Assembly (NCBI RefSeq): GCF_009834535.1
Contig: NC_045696.1
Location: 96,412,001-96,476,000, forward strand
Length of the DNA stretch: 64,000 bases
Origin: Camelus ferus
Lineage: Eukaryota
Direction: 5' to 3'
The notes beneath the pieces are model-generated. The model searched no databases. It was not told where the DNA came from and saw only the letters and a list, made by a program, of their open reading frames with translations. Of this stretch, positions 62,451-64,000 are shown piece after piece; the first letter of the stretch is position 1, and the number at the start of each line of letters is the position of its first letter. Position numbers and translations under genes: made by a program.

Positions 62451-62948
62451 TGTAGGAGAGGAAAACTTCCACTTCCCTTCCAGGTTCTTTGGCTGGCCTC
62501 ATAATTAACTTGACATTAAGACAAATTAACAGGAGAAAAACAAATTTAATTTCATACGTGTACAGGAGCTCATAAAATATGAGACTCCAAGAATTGACCC
62601 AAGCAGGTAATTTTTATCCCTTTCAGACAAAGAAATAATAAATTTGTGAAAAATTGACAAGACAAAGTGTTTTGGGCTTTGGGTAGTAAATTAGTGAAGA
62701 AGTAACAAGGTTTGTTTATACAGCCATCTCGGTCATGAATGCCTTATCTCTGGTGATAAGGATGCCTTCCACCCTCCAGGTGCGGGGAGGGTACCCTCCA
62801 CACGGGGAATTTATTTCCTGCTTTCAGGGAGACAGAAGAGGGTCAGACTGTCCTTCTTGCACTAGCTGTTTCTTAAGTAACTTTACTTCTAAATAATCAA
62901 TATGTTGAAGTGGTATATTTTGGGGTGGCAAATTCTGCTCCCCCCTCA
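62451..62948 (-). mobile_element. ERV1-class solo LTR (MER34/MER39-like), about 498 bp
   Basis: TG...CA termini; minus strand starts tgaggggggagcagaatttgccaccccaaaatatacc, a MER34/39-type 5' end; ATTAAA on minus strand near 62543-62548. TSD ambiguous (tcac). Confidence 0.75.
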
Positions 62949-64000
62949 CCCTCTCTAAGAGAGTTTAAAGATGACATGTTAGCTTTCTGGAAATCTTGGC
63001 CATTCATTTAAGTGAAATTGAAATTCGAATTCATTATTTCCCAAATGCTATCTTAGTGATAATAGGAGAATACTCTAGATTTTTTTTTTCACCTTTGAGG
63101 ACACATTTCTACCAAAACCTATGGTACCCTGGACTTCTACGGATCCTGGCAGGATGTTCCCACTCACAAAAGCATAGTCACCCTCAGGGGTCACCAAGGA
63201 ATGAAGAAGCAGCTTTCTTGCTGGCTGTGCCCTTCCTTCCCTATGCTGTAAGGACTGGAGGGGAGAGGTGCCCAATTCTGCAGTCCCAGACAGCTGCCAG
63301 AGGAGAATCCTGAGTGTGCAGTGTCTAGCACACTACATATGTTTGTTAATTGACTGATAATTCATGGTGTGACAGCCCTATAACTCAGCTCTCCTATTCA
63401 GACAGAAATTAACTCAGTCATCAAAGTCATTAAAAAGAAAAGGAAAAAAAAAAAAAAACCCACTACAGTACCAGCCAGATGGTGGGGACATCAAACAAGT
63501 GAAAGGAAAGTGGCTCGTCTTTGAATAAGACGCCCAGCAGCAAAAGCTGGGTCCGGTGCTGGTTACATACCAAATTCTAGCTTGAACAAGGCTTGGCAGG
63601 CTCTCTTAAATCTGCTGTACTCAAACCTTTCTTGGGAGCTGCAGCAGTGCTGGTCAGGTATGTGGGGAATCTGTCCAAGAGGTCCCGGCTGAGTTTGGGC
63701 TCCTGGTGGACATGGATAACTGGGCCAAGGAAGGCAGCATGCAGACCCGATCCTAACATCTTTGAGGCCTCGGGCAAGAAAGAGCACGAATGCAAGCCCA
63801 CGTGCCACGTGTCTAAAGATTTAAAAGTTATAAGCTATTCAATAAAACTTGTTTGGTCCTTTTCCCTTGATAAACATCTCTCTGTAAGGATCTGGAAGGC
63901 CAGACTCAAATTTAGAATTTTGAGCCCTGGGAATTCCGCACCCAAATGTGCTGATGGGAGGAGATGCGGCCCCTGCCTGTTCACTTCTCTTCCCGTGCCT

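Larger units (their letters stand above)
55019..64000 (+). other. CLRN1: CLRN1 intron 2, incomplete; last coding exon outside the window
   Basis: Starts GTGAGT. No sequence encoding the expected GSCGCLVMILFASEVK continuation was seen before 64000. Confidence 0.85.

Noticed and set aside
1..64000. CRISPR array, operon or other novel multi-gene system
   Set aside because: Mammalian intronic and intergenic DNA; no regularly spaced repeat-spacer array and no additional credible coding genes seen.

Overview
Mammalian genomic DNA, very probably from a camelid (alpaca, llama or camel), judged from six Vic-1-type tRNA-derived SINEs. The window holds the 5' part of CLRN1 (clarin-1, the Usher syndrome type 3A gene) on the + strand. 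The first coding exon is 32390-32642 (253 nt of CDS), followed by a 22,196-nt intron and the second coding exon at 54839-55018 (180 nt). The final coding exon was not found and presumably lies beyond the window. Bases 1-32 kb are repeat-rich upstream DNA; the human equivalent carries the antisense lncRNA CLRN1-AS1. Nearly all other ORFs in the track are chance or transposon-derived (L1, L2, CR1, ERV/MaLR LTRs, hAT elements). I see no evidence of a new multi-gene system. The best leads are regulatory or evolutionary: (1) an apparently non-exonised counterpart of the human 39-nt alternative exon 2b; (2) a perfect POU4F/Brn-3 site nested in two overlapping palindromes in intron 2; (3) a CpG-rich unique element in intron 1; (4) an E-box/GATA/X-box-like cluster at the promoter; (5) three uORFs, one overlapping the start codon; (6) a strong antisense splice donor in the promoter; (7) several retrotransposition scars. 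Repeat family names and human comparisons come from recall, not database searches, and repeat boundaries without TSDs are approximate.
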